Origin: Candidatus Thorarchaeota archaeon | Lineage (GTDB): Archaea; Asgardarchaeota; Thorarchaeia; Thorarchaeales; Thorarchaeaceae | Direction of reading: 5' to 3' | Assembly: GCA_016933575.1 (NCBI GenBank) | Contig: JAFGAR010000028.1 | Span: 96,001 to 160,000, forward strand | Length of the DNA stretch: 64,000 bases | Shown here: positions 19,358 through 29,791 of the stretch, in pieces | Layout: each line of letters begins with the position of its first letter | Position numbering within the stretch: position 1 is the stretch's first letter | Notes under the pieces: generated by a model | Told to the model about the DNA's origin: nothing | Database searches by the model: none | The model's input: only the letters and a program-made list of their open reading frames with translations | Position numbers and translations under genes: made by a program

Positions 19358-19451
19358 ATAGTACAATCCTTAGTACTTGGAAGCAGTCATTTATTAGTTC
19401 TCATGTAGAAAGTGAAAGACGTCGCGGTGAATTCTATCGGAGTGGGTTGAT

Positions 19452-20153
19452 ATGAACTCAGATATAATTGTAGACCTTCAATCTGTTGCACGTGTATATA
19501 GAATGGGTGAGATTGAAGTACATGCTCTTAGAGGAGTGTCTCTTCAGATAAAACGAGGCGAAGCAGTTGGTATTATGGGACCCAGTGGTTCGGGAAAGAC
19601 AACACTTTTGAATCTCATCGGAGCATTGGACAGACCAACGAGTGGTAGGGTTGTCATTGATGGCCTTGATATCACGGAGATGTCTGAATCTGCTCTAACA
19701 AATGTTCGACGAGATAAGATCAGCTATGTCTTCCAATTCTTCAACCTACTGCCAGTATTGACAGCGTATGAAAATATCGAGCTACCTCTTCTTATTGCAG
19801 GAGTAGATGAAGACACTCGTAAAGATAGAGTTGACCATCTCCTCTCACTAGTAGGTCTCGCAGAGAGAGCAGAACATCGACCAGATGAATTGTCAGGCGG
19901 AGAGCAACAGAGAATTGCTATTGCACGCGCTTTAGCTAAACCTGAGGGCTCTGCCAGTTCTATCGTTGTATTAGCTGATGAACCAACTGGTGACTTGGAC
20001 TATAACACAGGGCAGGAAATCCTCGACGTTCTTGTGTCTCTGACGAAAGGAGAGGGAGGTACTCTAATCACAGTCACTCATGATCCAGAAGTAGGCGAAC
20101 AGATGGATCACGTCTTTCGAATGCGCGACGGTAAAGTTGAGAATCCACAGTGA
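19452..20153 (+). CDS. ABC ATPase, LolD/MacB/FtsE type
   Basis: GPSGSGKT, VFQFFNLL, LSGGEQQR, LADEPTGDLD, VTHD. Confidence 0.95.
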   Translation: MNSDIIVDLQSVARVYRMGEIEVHALRGVSLQIKRGEAVGIMGPSGSGKTTLLNLIGALDRPTSGRVVIDGLDITEMSESALTNVRRDKISYVFQFFNLLPVLTAYENIELPLLIAGVDEDTRKDRVDHLLSLVGLAERAEHRPDELSGGEQQRIAIARALAKPEGSASSIVVLADEPTGDLDYNTGQEILDVLVSLTKGEGGTLITVTHDPEVGEQMDHVFRMRDGKVENPQ

Positions 20154-20164
20154 GGTTATGATCT

Positions 20165-22957
20165 ATGGCAGCTGTGCCCGTGGGTTATGAAGCGTTCCAT
20201 AGTCTCCGTCGGAAAGGAGTCACACTACTCTGCTTCTTGCTTGCATCTACAATGGCCATGGGTATTGCTGTCTATGTCGACTCATACTCCATTCATGAAT
20301 GGGACAAGAATCTTGATGTTGGAGATATCGCAATCAGGGTATCAGGTTCAATCCTCGCTACACAATTAGATGATATTCGAAATATTCCAGGTGTGACAAA
20401 AGCAGAAGGAATAAGGAGTATTTATGGATCGATCTTTTGGGGGTATATCGAGGAGGAGGATTATTGGGAAAATGATTTTTCTGGCGATTTAGTAGCTCCA
20501 AGCCAGGATTTCCTTGAAGCATTTCCTAATTACGTCCAATTCACAGAAGGACGTACGCCGCAAAACGAAAGTGAGATTGCACTCATCCAATCTCTGCGAT
20601 CATATTATGATGTAGAGATTGGCCAATTACTCAACCTTAGCTCCTACGATTTCTTTGATACTGTCCAAGTTGTGGGATTCTACAAACATGAGAGCGAAAT
20701 TGACTCACCCTATTATTGGAGATTTGAAAGTCTCGGTATTGTTGTTCCTTCAGTTATTGATGAGTATTATGAACAATATGAAGTCTGTGTAGACGTAAAT
20801 CGTGCATCCCTCACAGCATTCAATCCTTCAGGTTCTCTCGCATACATGAGTGGGATTGATCAAGCCATCAGGGAATTAGATCCATTTTACGACCCTGTCT
20901 ACCAACCTTGGTCTAACATCTATGTTTCAGATCGTCTTGCCTCAGGGATTTCATACTATATTATGTGGGTTCAGGGAATGAGAATTGCACAGATGTTAAG
21001 ATCAACAAGCATCCTTCTGCTCGTTATCTTAGTGACATTTCTGGCAATACGACATAATGTGAATGAGCGAAGGTACGAGGAGAATATGCTTGTTTCACGG
21101 GGGGCTTCAAAAGGAGACCTGGAAAAAATCGTGACACGAGAGGTTCTTATTCTCGCAATTATATCATGTCTTCTAGGTATACCCCTTGGAATTCTGTTTA
21201 GTAGATTTGCTCTTGCAGCAACTAGTTACTTTGTTTTTGACATTACAAAACTAATCTCAGAACCACTACTAGTGAGTCTTGACTCACTGGTCATTGCATT
21301 AATCGTTGGAATAGTTCTTCCAATGATTACTCTGGGAGGCTATCGTATAATCTATTCAACTAAAAAGAATGTTGATGAAGAGAGAGGAAAGGTGGCTAAA
21401 ATTGCCAAAGGTTTCAATCTAATTCGCTGGGACCTGATTACCGTAATCATTGCAGGTCTTATACTACTAGCATTATCAACAGGAGGAGCCACCGTTTCAA
21501 ATAATGCAATCCTTGCCTTGGTTATGCCAATAATTCCTTTGCCGCTTTTCCTTGGGGTCGCGAGTCTTTCAATGAAGGCACTCAAAAGAGGCGCTAATTG
21601 GATATCAAGACGTTTTAAGAGGCTTGTTGGGGAAATACCTTCATCCATCGGAATAAGACGGATAGGAAAAGAGGCTTCATCAGCAGGTGCGGCTGCCATG
21701 GTGCTCGTTCTTGCAATCTGCCTAAGTTGGAACAGCGCAATAATCGATGCATCTCTTCCAGTGACTGCAGAGAATCAAGCCAGGCTCTATGTTGGCTCGG
21801 ATCTCACATTTGCACTGGACTCTTATTATGCAGCTGATTGGGATGAGTTCATTACCAATGTAACACAACATGAACTTGTTCTTCAACAGACAATGGTTTC
21901 TGAGCTTCAGTTGTATCTCACATCAAACTATTGGGATGGGAGAGAGTTCCTAGCTATTGACCCATTAGAATATGCAGAAATTGGGTATGACTACCTAGGT
22001 AATAGATTGAACGAATCAGGTATCTTTCAGGATCTCGAGTTGCTTGAGAACACGCCAGACGGGGCAATCTTATCAGCTGATATTGCACAGGAATTTAATT
22101 TCGAAATAGGGGATATACTACGTGCGACTTCTATGGGAGAAGATACACTGCAGCTCTCCTTCAGGATTCTGAGTATTGTAGAAGCTTTGCCAGAGATGCC
22201 CGAAAGGAGTTATTATTATGATTACTATGGACCATACTATGATTTCTATCCAGGATATTATTCTGGCTATATGGTTGGTAGTAATCGAGTCTTAGTGAAT
22301 CGAGACTTTATTGGTACTCAGTTCAACTTGGTGAATGACACCAATAACTATCTCTGTGTAAGTACTCGTAAAGGCGCAAATACTACTACTATCGTCAGCG
22401 ACTTATTTGCTGTGGGTGGGAGCATTGTTGTTTCAGAGGACATCTGGGATGGTGTGAATACATTGGTTGAGGAGTACATTGGAGGTACTCAATACAAAAT
22501 AGAACGGGCATTAGATACAATGCTTACTTTTCTTACCATTGGAACAATAGTTGGTGCCTTTACGATTTATGCAGTTGAAGGACTTCGTTCAAGACGCAGG
22601 GAAATTGCACTACTTAGATCTGTAGGAGCGGCGAGGAAAATTATTATCAGTGCACAGTCTGTTGAGATGTTAATATTACTACTCTTCAGCTTATTCCTAC
22701 TTCTTTTGTATTCACCACTATTTCTAAGTACATCCCTAGCAATTGCTGGTGGTTCAACAATCCGATATGGTGAAATATTCCCTATTTCAGTTTTCACCGT
22801 CATACCTTGGAATATAGTCCTGTTAGTCCTTGGCTTTTTCATTGCTATTGTTTCAATGTTCATTGTTGTCATTGCCGCACTTAGTTCCAAGATCAACTTA
22901 GCAGAAGCTCTAAACACTGCATGGGCTGAAGCTGGACCTTACGGAGGAGATGTCTAA
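20165..22957 (+). CDS. type VII ABC permease, class A copy 2
   Basis: GRTPQNESEIAL, SRGASK, REIALLRSVGA; clear paralogue of 16601 (IGIRRIGK, LGNRLNES, WAEAGP). Confidence 0.88.
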   Translation: MAAVPVGYEAFHSLRRKGVTLLCFLLASTMAMGIAVYVDSYSIHEWDKNLDVGDIAIRVSGSILATQLDDIRNIPGVTKAEGIRSIYGSIFWGYIEEEDYWENDFSGDLVAPSQDFLEAFPNYVQFTEGRTPQNESEIALIQSLRSYYDVEIGQLLNLSSYDFFDTVQVVGFYKHESEIDSPYYWRFESLGIVVPSVIDEYYEQYEVCVDVNRASLTAFNPSGSLAYMSGIDQAIRELDPFYDPVYQPWSNIYVSDRLASGISYYIMWVQGMRIAQMLRSTSILLLVILVTFLAIRHNVNERRYEENMLVSRGASKGDLEKIVTREVLILAIISCLLGIPLGILFSRFALAATSYFVFDITKLISEPLLVSLDSLVIALIVGIVLPMITLGGYRIIYSTKKNVDEERGKVAKIAKGFNLIRWDLITVIIAGLILLALSTGGATVSNNAILALVMPIIPLPLFLGVASLSMKALKRGANWISRRFKRLVGEIPSSIGIRRIGKEASSAGAAAMVLVLAICLSWNSAIIDASLPVTAENQARLYVGSDLTFALDSYYAADWDEFITNVTQHELVLQQTMVSELQLYLTSNYWDGREFLAIDPLEYAEIGYDYLGNRLNESGIFQDLELLENTPDGAILSADIAQEFNFEIGDILRATSMGEDTLQLSFRILSIVEALPEMPERSYYYDYYGPYYDFYPGYYSGYMVGSNRVLVNRDFIGTQFNLVNDTNNYLCVSTRKGANTTTIVSDLFAVGGSIVVSEDIWDGVNTLVEEYIGGTQYKIERALDTMLTFLTIGTIVGAFTIYAVEGLRSRRREIALLRSVGAARKIIISAQSVEMLILLLFSLFLLLLYSPLFLSTSLAIAGGSTIRYGEIFPISVFTVIPWNIVLLVLGFFIAIVSMFIVVIAALSSKINLAEALNTAWAEAGPYGGDV

Positions 22958-25813
22958 TTGTTTCTCTTTTCACGTCTTTCAGCACGAGCCCCAGAAGTCA
23001 TTACAACACTTTTGATATTTTCACTATCAAGTGGAGTTCTGGGTGGAATTCTATTCTACATGGATTCTGCATCACCAGATGTTCTCGATGACATGACATC
23101 TAATGTCCCAGTTGACATGGAAGTAGCTTTTACTCAATCATACTATATGCAGAATTTTTCCAATCCAGAAAGCGTGACTGCTAATGATATTGAGGACAGT
23201 GTGGCAGAGCAAGAATTCGTTCTGGCTACTGAGCAGGTCACTTTTGCAGAAGTGCATGATTATGGAGAAGAAGATTACACATTTTCAAGGAAAGGTTTCC
23301 TAGGTGCTGATTATGATGTCTTTGAGAGCTTTTCGGATGCAATAGATGTCGATATTGGAGATCTTACCTATAATGACAATTCCTGTTTGGTTGAAATATC
23401 CCTCTTCTTACGACTCGGTCTAGAGATTGGTGAGAATTACACAATTGAGATGCTAGTCTATAATAGTACATGGGACGAGGTCTCTGTAGAACGAACATTC
23501 ACAATTGTTGGTACATTTTCTTCACATGTCTATCTGTACCAACCATATTGGGGTGAATCGGTCATCACATATCTTCAAATAATCACTACTAGAGATGCTA
23601 TCAAAGATACCTTTGGTTTTCTTGGACATGATTCATATTATGGGCTCCAAGAAAAAATCTGGGTAAAATTTGATCACAATGTCATAATTCAGTCAGATAC
23701 GTCAATTGTTGTCAATGAACTATCAAATATTGAAAGAAGAATCGAGCAGGATAACTTACCATTCGCTCTTGTTGATGACTTTCAACTGATTGGGTCTGTG
23801 TATGAATTTGCTTCATGGTCTGTCAGTATGAGAGCGATTGCACTTGCATTTTCAATCCCATCTGTAATCATGGGTGTAATGCTCATTCAATACAATTTTC
23901 GTCTCCTCGCTAATACGCAGAGAAGAGATGTGGGAACTCTAAAAACTAGGGGCTCATCAGGTTTCCAAGCATTTTCCTGGGTCCTGAGTAACGCAATAGC
24001 TACAGGGTTCATTGGTAGCTTAGGCGCTGTATTGACAGGGATATTAGCAGCTCTCTTCTCAAGCACTGTGAAAGAGTTACTGGTCTTTGACTTGAGTCTT
24101 TTGAGTGGCTTTACGATTCTCCTCCAACCTATCGCGATCATCACGGTCTTTTTGTTCTCCTTTCTTGTAGGTATAGTCGTTGCCTTACCTGCTGCAATCA
24201 AGGCTCTATTGATGACTCCAACAGAAGCTCATAGCACATTGGAGAGAGAAACCCTATCAGATTCGGAAAAGATGGGGAGTTCAACTGTCGATCTATTATT
24301 GATAGGTATCACGGGTTGGTTATTGGCACCAATGATGACAATCCTTGCATACTCAGGAATAACATTCTTGAGCTCTGCGCTTTTTGCATTAGTCATTGTC
24401 ACATTATTGGGCATCTTTCTATTCTCGTTCACAAGGCTCTTATCAAGGCCTACTGCGATGATAAAAGCAAAAGTCTTAGGAAGGGCGAAACGACCATCCA
24501 TTGTTGTGGGCACAAGACTCATGTCTAGAACAGTACTCATGTTTAAAAAATCTGAAACGATGGGTACAATGTTTATCGCAATGGTATTTACTGCAGGTCT
24601 CTTTGCATCGATATCTGCGACGACAGGCGGTGACCATATGAAACAGGTCTTCATGTTCCAGACCGGGGCAGATATCGTTATAGATGTAAATCCCAGTTTT
24701 ACTAACGTCACTCTTGATATCATGGACAACATCACTGCAGTAGAGGGTGTTACGCAGGTAAGTCCGATGTATCGCACAACTGGTTACGTGCTCTACTGGG
24801 ACTCGTTGTATTTTGGCGGACGTTTCTATATCAATCGTTCAATATCCATATTTGGCGTTGATCCTGAAACATGGATTGATGCCGCGTTCTGGCTCAGTTA
24901 CTTCGCATACTCTGGTTCTCCGAGTACGTCAATCGCAGAATTAGGCGACCAATCAGGGGATAGGATGAATATCATTACATCATTCAAACCTATTGACCAT
25001 TATACTACAGATTCCTATGGGAGTCAACGTCCTGAATATGGTAACTATCTGGATCTCCAGATTTCCATGCCAACTTGGACTAATATAACTGAATGCTACA
25101 TTACAGATCTTCTCGCTGCAGGAATCAGCAATTCAGGAGGTTATCAGACCTACTTCCCTGGAGAACCTGATGCAACAGACTTTGTTATTGCAGACATTGG
25201 ATATGTACATGCATGCGAAAACACTACTCAGGTCACAAAATTCTATGTGAAAATTGATCCCTATGCCAATTATACAAAAGTGATGGAGGATATTCATAAC
25301 GTTGCTCCTCATACATTCAATGATATTGAATCACCCTACACGAATATCGATGAAACTCTGAATTCCAGAGCAACCCAATCTGTCTATGGAGCGTACACAT
25401 TGAATGTCATATTTTCACTAATCTATCTAACAATCGGTATGACGATTGTCAGTATAGTGAGGGTGAGAGAACTTAGAAAGCAGTTCTCTGTACTTCGTGC
25501 ATTAGGTGCACCAAACAAGTCAATTATTGCTGCATCATTGCTTGAAACAAGTGTGGGTCTGTTACTGGCAGCAATCATCGGAGGAACAATAGGAGTAAGC
25601 CTAGCAGTCATCTTAAAGGATGTGCCCCTTCTTCATATGGGTGGATCCACATATGGACTATGGCAAAGATTACCCGTTCTTTTGGCAATACCTTTGCCGT
25701 TAGTTGCGACCATTGTAGGAATATCTATCATAGTTTCATTGATTGCTACATACTACATTTTAGTACGGACATTGAAGTTGAATATCGCAGAAGAAATACA
25801 ATATAATGAGTGA
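22958..25813 (+). CDS. type VII ABC permease, class B copy 1
   Basis: RRDVGTLKTRG, FSVLRALGA, GADIVIDV; start immediately follows the upstream stop. Confidence 0.88.
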   Translation: MFLFSRLSARAPEVITTLLIFSLSSGVLGGILFYMDSASPDVLDDMTSNVPVDMEVAFTQSYYMQNFSNPESVTANDIEDSVAEQEFVLATEQVTFAEVHDYGEEDYTFSRKGFLGADYDVFESFSDAIDVDIGDLTYNDNSCLVEISLFLRLGLEIGENYTIEMLVYNSTWDEVSVERTFTIVGTFSSHVYLYQPYWGESVITYLQIITTRDAIKDTFGFLGHDSYYGLQEKIWVKFDHNVIIQSDTSIVVNELSNIERRIEQDNLPFALVDDFQLIGSVYEFASWSVSMRAIALAFSIPSVIMGVMLIQYNFRLLANTQRRDVGTLKTRGSSGFQAFSWVLSNAIATGFIGSLGAVLTGILAALFSSTVKELLVFDLSLLSGFTILLQPIAIITVFLFSFLVGIVVALPAAIKALLMTPTEAHSTLERETLSDSEKMGSSTVDLLLIGITGWLLAPMMTILAYSGITFLSSALFALVIVTLLGIFLFSFTRLLSRPTAMIKAKVLGRAKRPSIVVGTRLMSRTVLMFKKSETMGTMFIAMVFTAGLFASISATTGGDHMKQVFMFQTGADIVIDVNPSFTNVTLDIMDNITAVEGVTQVSPMYRTTGYVLYWDSLYFGGRFYINRSISIFGVDPETWIDAAFWLSYFAYSGSPSTSIAELGDQSGDRMNIITSFKPIDHYTTDSYGSQRPEYGNYLDLQISMPTWTNITECYITDLLAAGISNSGGYQTYFPGEPDATDFVIADIGYVHACENTTQVTKFYVKIDPYANYTKVMEDIHNVAPHTFNDIESPYTNIDETLNSRATQSVYGAYTLNVIFSLIYLTIGMTIVSIVRVRELRKQFSVLRALGAPNKSIIAASLLETSVGLLLAAIIGGTIGVSLAVILKDVPLLHMGGSTYGLWQRLPVLLAIPLPLVATIVGISIIVSLIATYYILVRTLKLNIAEEIQYNE

Positions 25814-25818
25814 TCATC

Positions 25819-26706
25819 ATGTCGGAAAATCTAGAACAATTAGCAGAAGAATACAAGATTGTTATACGTGACCTCATGAAAGTCTACCGAAGAGGACAGA
25901 AAGAGGTAATTGCACTCCGAGGTGTTGACTTCGAGGTAAAGCAGGGAGAGTTCCTAAGCATTATCGGTCCTAGCGGTAGCGGAAAATCGACACTACTTAA
26001 GATGCTTGGTGCGCTGGACAAACCAACTGCAGGGGCAATCCTTTTTGATGGTCACAGTGTCACTGCACTTGATGATAGGCGATCAATGCTCTATAGAAGA
26101 CAGAAGGTAGGTTTTGTGTGGCAAATCGGTAATCTTGTGCCCGGTCTGAGTGCATTGAACAATGTCATTCTCCCCATGAAGCTTGCAGGAGCTCCATCAC
26201 GAGCCTCTGCAGAACGTGCAACCATGCTCCTTGAAACACTAGGTCTGAGTCATCGTTTGGACCATAAACCGAATCAGCTATCTGGAGGAGAGAATCAACG
26301 AGTGGCAATCTGCGTAGCACTTGCAAACAATCCAGAGCTAGTGCTTGGAGATGAGGTGACTGGAGAGCTGGACTCTGAAACAACGGAGATAGTCATGGAG
26401 GCACTAAAGAGGACAAACAAGGAGTTTGGTACTACTGTCATCAATGTCACGCACAATCCAAAAGTTGCCGAATATGCAGATAGAGTGTTGAGAATACGAG
26501 ATGGTCTCATAGAGGGACAGAAACATGTACTCTATGGCGATATTACAGAGATTGACGCAAAAGGTAGAATGGTCATTCCAGATACGGTAAGACGGCTTGC
26601 AGGACTTGGCAAGAGAGTTGTACTTCGTGCAACATCAGAAGGTCTATTGATCAGTCCATTAGATACTAGTGGCTACGACGACAACAATGACCAGGGAAAT
26701 GACTGA
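25819..26706 (+). CDS. ABC ATPase (LolD type) with C-terminal AbrB/MraZ-like domain
   Basis: GPSGSGKS, LSGGENQR, GDEVTGELD, VTHN; tail EIDAKGRMVIPDTVRRLAGL…VVLRATSEGLLISP. Confidence 0.92.
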   Translation: MSENLEQLAEEYKIVIRDLMKVYRRGQKEVIALRGVDFEVKQGEFLSIIGPSGSGKSTLLKMLGALDKPTAGAILFDGHSVTALDDRRSMLYRRQKVGFVWQIGNLVPGLSALNNVILPMKLAGAPSRASAERATMLLETLGLSHRLDHKPNQLSGGENQRVAICVALANNPELVLGDEVTGELDSETTEIVMEALKRTNKEFGTTVINVTHNPKVAEYADRVLRIRDGLIEGQKHVLYGDITEIDAKGRMVIPDTVRRLAGLGKRVVLRATSEGLLISPLDTSGYDDNNDQGND

Positions 26707-26738
26707 GATATTCTGAGTAAGGTCTATATCGGACAATA

Positions 26739-26987
26739 ATGAGCGTAAAAGTGATTGTTATGACAAAACAGCAGATGCCATGGTCATTCTATTCTACACT
26801 GATTTCATTTGGTGTTTTCTTTGCTTGTCTGAATATCTATATCTTGACTAAATGGTTGGCGCATCCCTTAGCAAGTGAGTATTGGCTGATTGGGGTCATT
26901 GTCGGTTTTATTTGGTTAATCTATTCGATTAGAATGGTAAGAGTTCACCAGAAGGAACTCATCGAGAAGAAAGTAGTATTAGCGTGA
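26739..26987 (+). CDS. small two-TM membrane protein within the ABC cluster
   Basis: Two hydrophobic helices, co-oriented with the cluster. Confidence 0.65.
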   Translation: MSVKVIVMTKQQMPWSFYSTLISFGVFFACLNIYILTKWLAHPLASEYWLIGVIVGFIWLIYSIRMVRVHQKELIEKKVVLA

Positions 26988-27052
26988 TTAGGTATCAATT
27001 TAAGACAGAACTAAGGCGTTCTAATTAGTACGTGGAGGTCTGAGAGCTCTAT

Positions 27053-29791
27053 ATGTATCAAATGGGACATCTGAGCAAATCAACAAAGCGTAGAGGCTTT
27101 GTAACCTTCATCTGTTTTCTGATTATTATAACAGTAGTTTCTTCAACTTCGATTTTCATCGATTCAGATTCACTATCAAGATGGAACTATTACAATGATA
27201 TTGGCCCAGTAGCAATGAAAGTTGAAGGAGATGGACTTGAGAACTTTGTTGATGAAATTAGTAACATCTCATACGTAACTCAATCATGTTCAGTACAAAC
27301 AGCTCAAGCATATCTAAGAATGGACCAGAATGATGTCTATTATGGATCCCCAACAGATCCATTAGAGCCAATGTTTCTTGTCACAGGAAGAGCATATTCA
27401 ATTAATGATGATTTTCTAAATGCATTTCCAACTGAATTTGCTTTACTACAAGGAAGATTCCCTCTCAATGAATCTGAGATTACGATTGCCTATAGTGATG
27501 CTGCTTATTGGAATATTCCAATAGGGAGAATGATGAACTACACCCATCAACTCAATTCCGAGAAACGAACTGTTTTTGTTGTTGGCTATTTTGAAGTAAC
27601 TAATGATGCCCTTAGAGCTGTGATTACAGATGCCGTGGCAATCGTAACATCAGATGTACTTAATCCTAACACCATCCAAACCAAGGTCTATATCGATGTA
27701 GACCGAAGTATTGTATTTCCCTCAGATCCAGTTGTAGGTCTTACCACTCTTCGTGATATTGAGAATAGAATCTCAAGTCTAAGCTCTGATGACTTACAGT
27801 ACCAAGGATTCTTTGTTGATAATTATCTAGCAAATAACATTCAATTGTATCTTGATGAATTGAATGCAATCAGATCTAGGCAACTATCAAGATTGAACTA
27901 CATTGTAATTATAGGAGGACTACTTGCTTTTTTGGGAGTTCGGTTTAACGCCATATTGCTAGATCAGACCTTGAGTGATCTAGAAATGAGAGGTGCTTCA
28001 AAACTAAAGATAAGATTCACAATTCTAAGAGAGATAGTAACCATTTCAGTTCTTGCAGGTGTAATAGGGCTTTTCATGGGTATTATGCTAAGCAAGGTGG
28101 CATACTTATCATCGAGTAGCAAACCGTTTGATATTGCGGTTTTTATGAGTGGCCCTTTATTGATTAGCTCTAATACAATCGTATTCGTGCTTATGATCAG
28201 CATTATTCTACCACTAGCTGGATATGCTATAGATCAATTACTTAGAAGACCACGGGCAAGTGTACAAGAAACAGGAAGGATTGCAAGAATCGTCAAATCA
28301 TTTCATTTAATTCAATGGGATTTTGCAATAATCATTATAGTAACTATATTGATGATTCTCCTATACATAGGAGGACCATTGATTAGTGACAATCAGATAC
28401 TCTCACTAATTGCTTCGTATTCACAGATACCACTTTTTATTTCTGTAGCTAGTCTTTCTTCAAAGATAGCTCAGGCTGCCACGAGAGTAATTTCAAGACT
28501 AAGTAGACCTCTAGTCGGTAGATTATCAGCCGCAGTTGGAATGAGGAGGGTTTCAAAGAAAAAATATATTGCTACTCCGGTTGTTCTGATTATTACTATT
28601 GTATTTTCGCTAGTCTTTGTTAACAATTCATTAGTTCTGAGTCTTCCAAACACGCATTTAGCACATTCAAGGTACTTAATTGGAGGAGACATTTGTTTCA
28701 AACTAGAGGAAGTAGAATCAGAGCGGTGGGTTAATTTCACTGAAAGTGCATTACAGACGTACGGCACTCAATCAGTGTCCTTAGTTTCAATTAGTACTCT
28801 CTCGTTATCAGAAGGGGCATCAGGAGTAGTTGAGTTTGTAGCAATTAATCCAGAAGAGTATAGTCATGTAGGTTATAATTATGCAGGAGTTACCCTAGAC
28901 CAGAGTGATCAACAACAGCTACTAAATGAACTTGAAATAAATCCAGAAGGGGCAGTACTAACATCCGATATCGCTCTTGAGTACAATCTGAATTTAGGAG
29001 ATACAATGCGAGTCTTTTCTTTCGGTGAAGATTCAGGGACAGTGGAATTCAGTGTAATTGGCATTACAAATGCGATAACCAGACCAATTATTGCGGGTAG
29101 TCCTCAGGGGAGCGAAACGATTGGTACGAGAAAAATCTGGTTGAATAGGAATTACATTCAGACATTGGTCAACCTAAATGAAACGATTGAAACATATCTC
29201 TGCATTCGCACAATAAATGGAGTAAACTCAACTGAAATAGTAGAGGGCATTCTTGATACAAGTGGATTGACTTTCTCTTCAAGTGATTGGTCATCTGTTA
29301 CTCACGAGCTTGACGCCTATACATCTCGTCAAGATTACATCCGTGATAGAGCAATTGATACCATGCTCACTTTTGGATCAGTGTTTAGCATTTTTGTGGG
29401 CATAGTGATCTATCGAATTGCCTGTACAGTCAGATGGAAAGAAGAGGATGCCATTCTCAGTGTACTTGGAGCTTCAAACAAACAGACACTACAGATTTCA
29501 ATCGCAGAAATTCTGGCACTCTTTCTTTTTGGTTTGGGAATCTTCATTCTTATTGGGCCACTCACGCTAGCAAATATGTTGAGAATGGAGTATATTGAAT
29601 ATTCAGTTTGGAATTATGAATTCCCAGTTTCAATAGTCTTCTCGATGAATTGGATATACTTTATAATTATTATACTAAGTGTTTTCATCTCTTCAACTAT
29701 TCTAGCTATAGCCCATTCTCTTAAAGGAGCAAGAAAAAGTGTCAGTACTGTCTTGAGAGAAATGACACTATCAAGTGGAGGGAATGTGTAA
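27053..29791 (+). CDS. type VII ABC permease, class A copy 3 (more divergent)
   Basis: GRFPLNESEITI, MRGASK, GMRRVSK, AILSVLGAS. Confidence 0.85.
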   Translation: MYQMGHLSKSTKRRGFVTFICFLIIITVVSSTSIFIDSDSLSRWNYYNDIGPVAMKVEGDGLENFVDEISNISYVTQSCSVQTAQAYLRMDQNDVYYGSPTDPLEPMFLVTGRAYSINDDFLNAFPTEFALLQGRFPLNESEITIAYSDAAYWNIPIGRMMNYTHQLNSEKRTVFVVGYFEVTNDALRAVITDAVAIVTSDVLNPNTIQTKVYIDVDRSIVFPSDPVVGLTTLRDIENRISSLSSDDLQYQGFFVDNYLANNIQLYLDELNAIRSRQLSRLNYIVIIGGLLAFLGVRFNAILLDQTLSDLEMRGASKLKIRFTILREIVTISVLAGVIGLFMGIMLSKVAYLSSSSKPFDIAVFMSGPLLISSNTIVFVLMISIILPLAGYAIDQLLRRPRASVQETGRIARIVKSFHLIQWDFAIIIIVTILMILLYIGGPLISDNQILSLIASYSQIPLFISVASLSSKIAQAATRVISRLSRPLVGRLSAAVGMRRVSKKKYIATPVVLIITIVFSLVFVNNSLVLSLPNTHLAHSRYLIGGDICFKLEEVESERWVNFTESALQTYGTQSVSLVSISTLSLSEGASGVVEFVAINPEEYSHVGYNYAGVTLDQSDQQQLLNELEINPEGAVLTSDIALEYNLNLGDTMRVFSFGEDSGTVEFSVIGITNAITRPIIAGSPQGSETIGTRKIWLNRNYIQTLVNLNETIETYLCIRTINGVNSTEIVEGILDTSGLTFSSSDWSSVTHELDAYTSRQDYIRDRAIDTMLTFGSVFSIFVGIVIYRIACTVRWKEEDAILSVLGASNKQTLQISIAEILALFLFGLGIFILIGPLTLANMLRMEYIEYSVWNYEFPVSIVFSMNWIYFIIIILSVFISSTILAIAHSLKGARKSVSTVLREMTLSSGGNV

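Noticed and set aside
19301-19388. Weak direct repeat (CCTAAGTAATACTTGGGCAAAAGCAGGTC / CCTTAGTACTTGGAAGCAGTC) at the end of permease A1
   Set aside because: Short and gapped; could be a duplication scar but cannot be distinguished from chance
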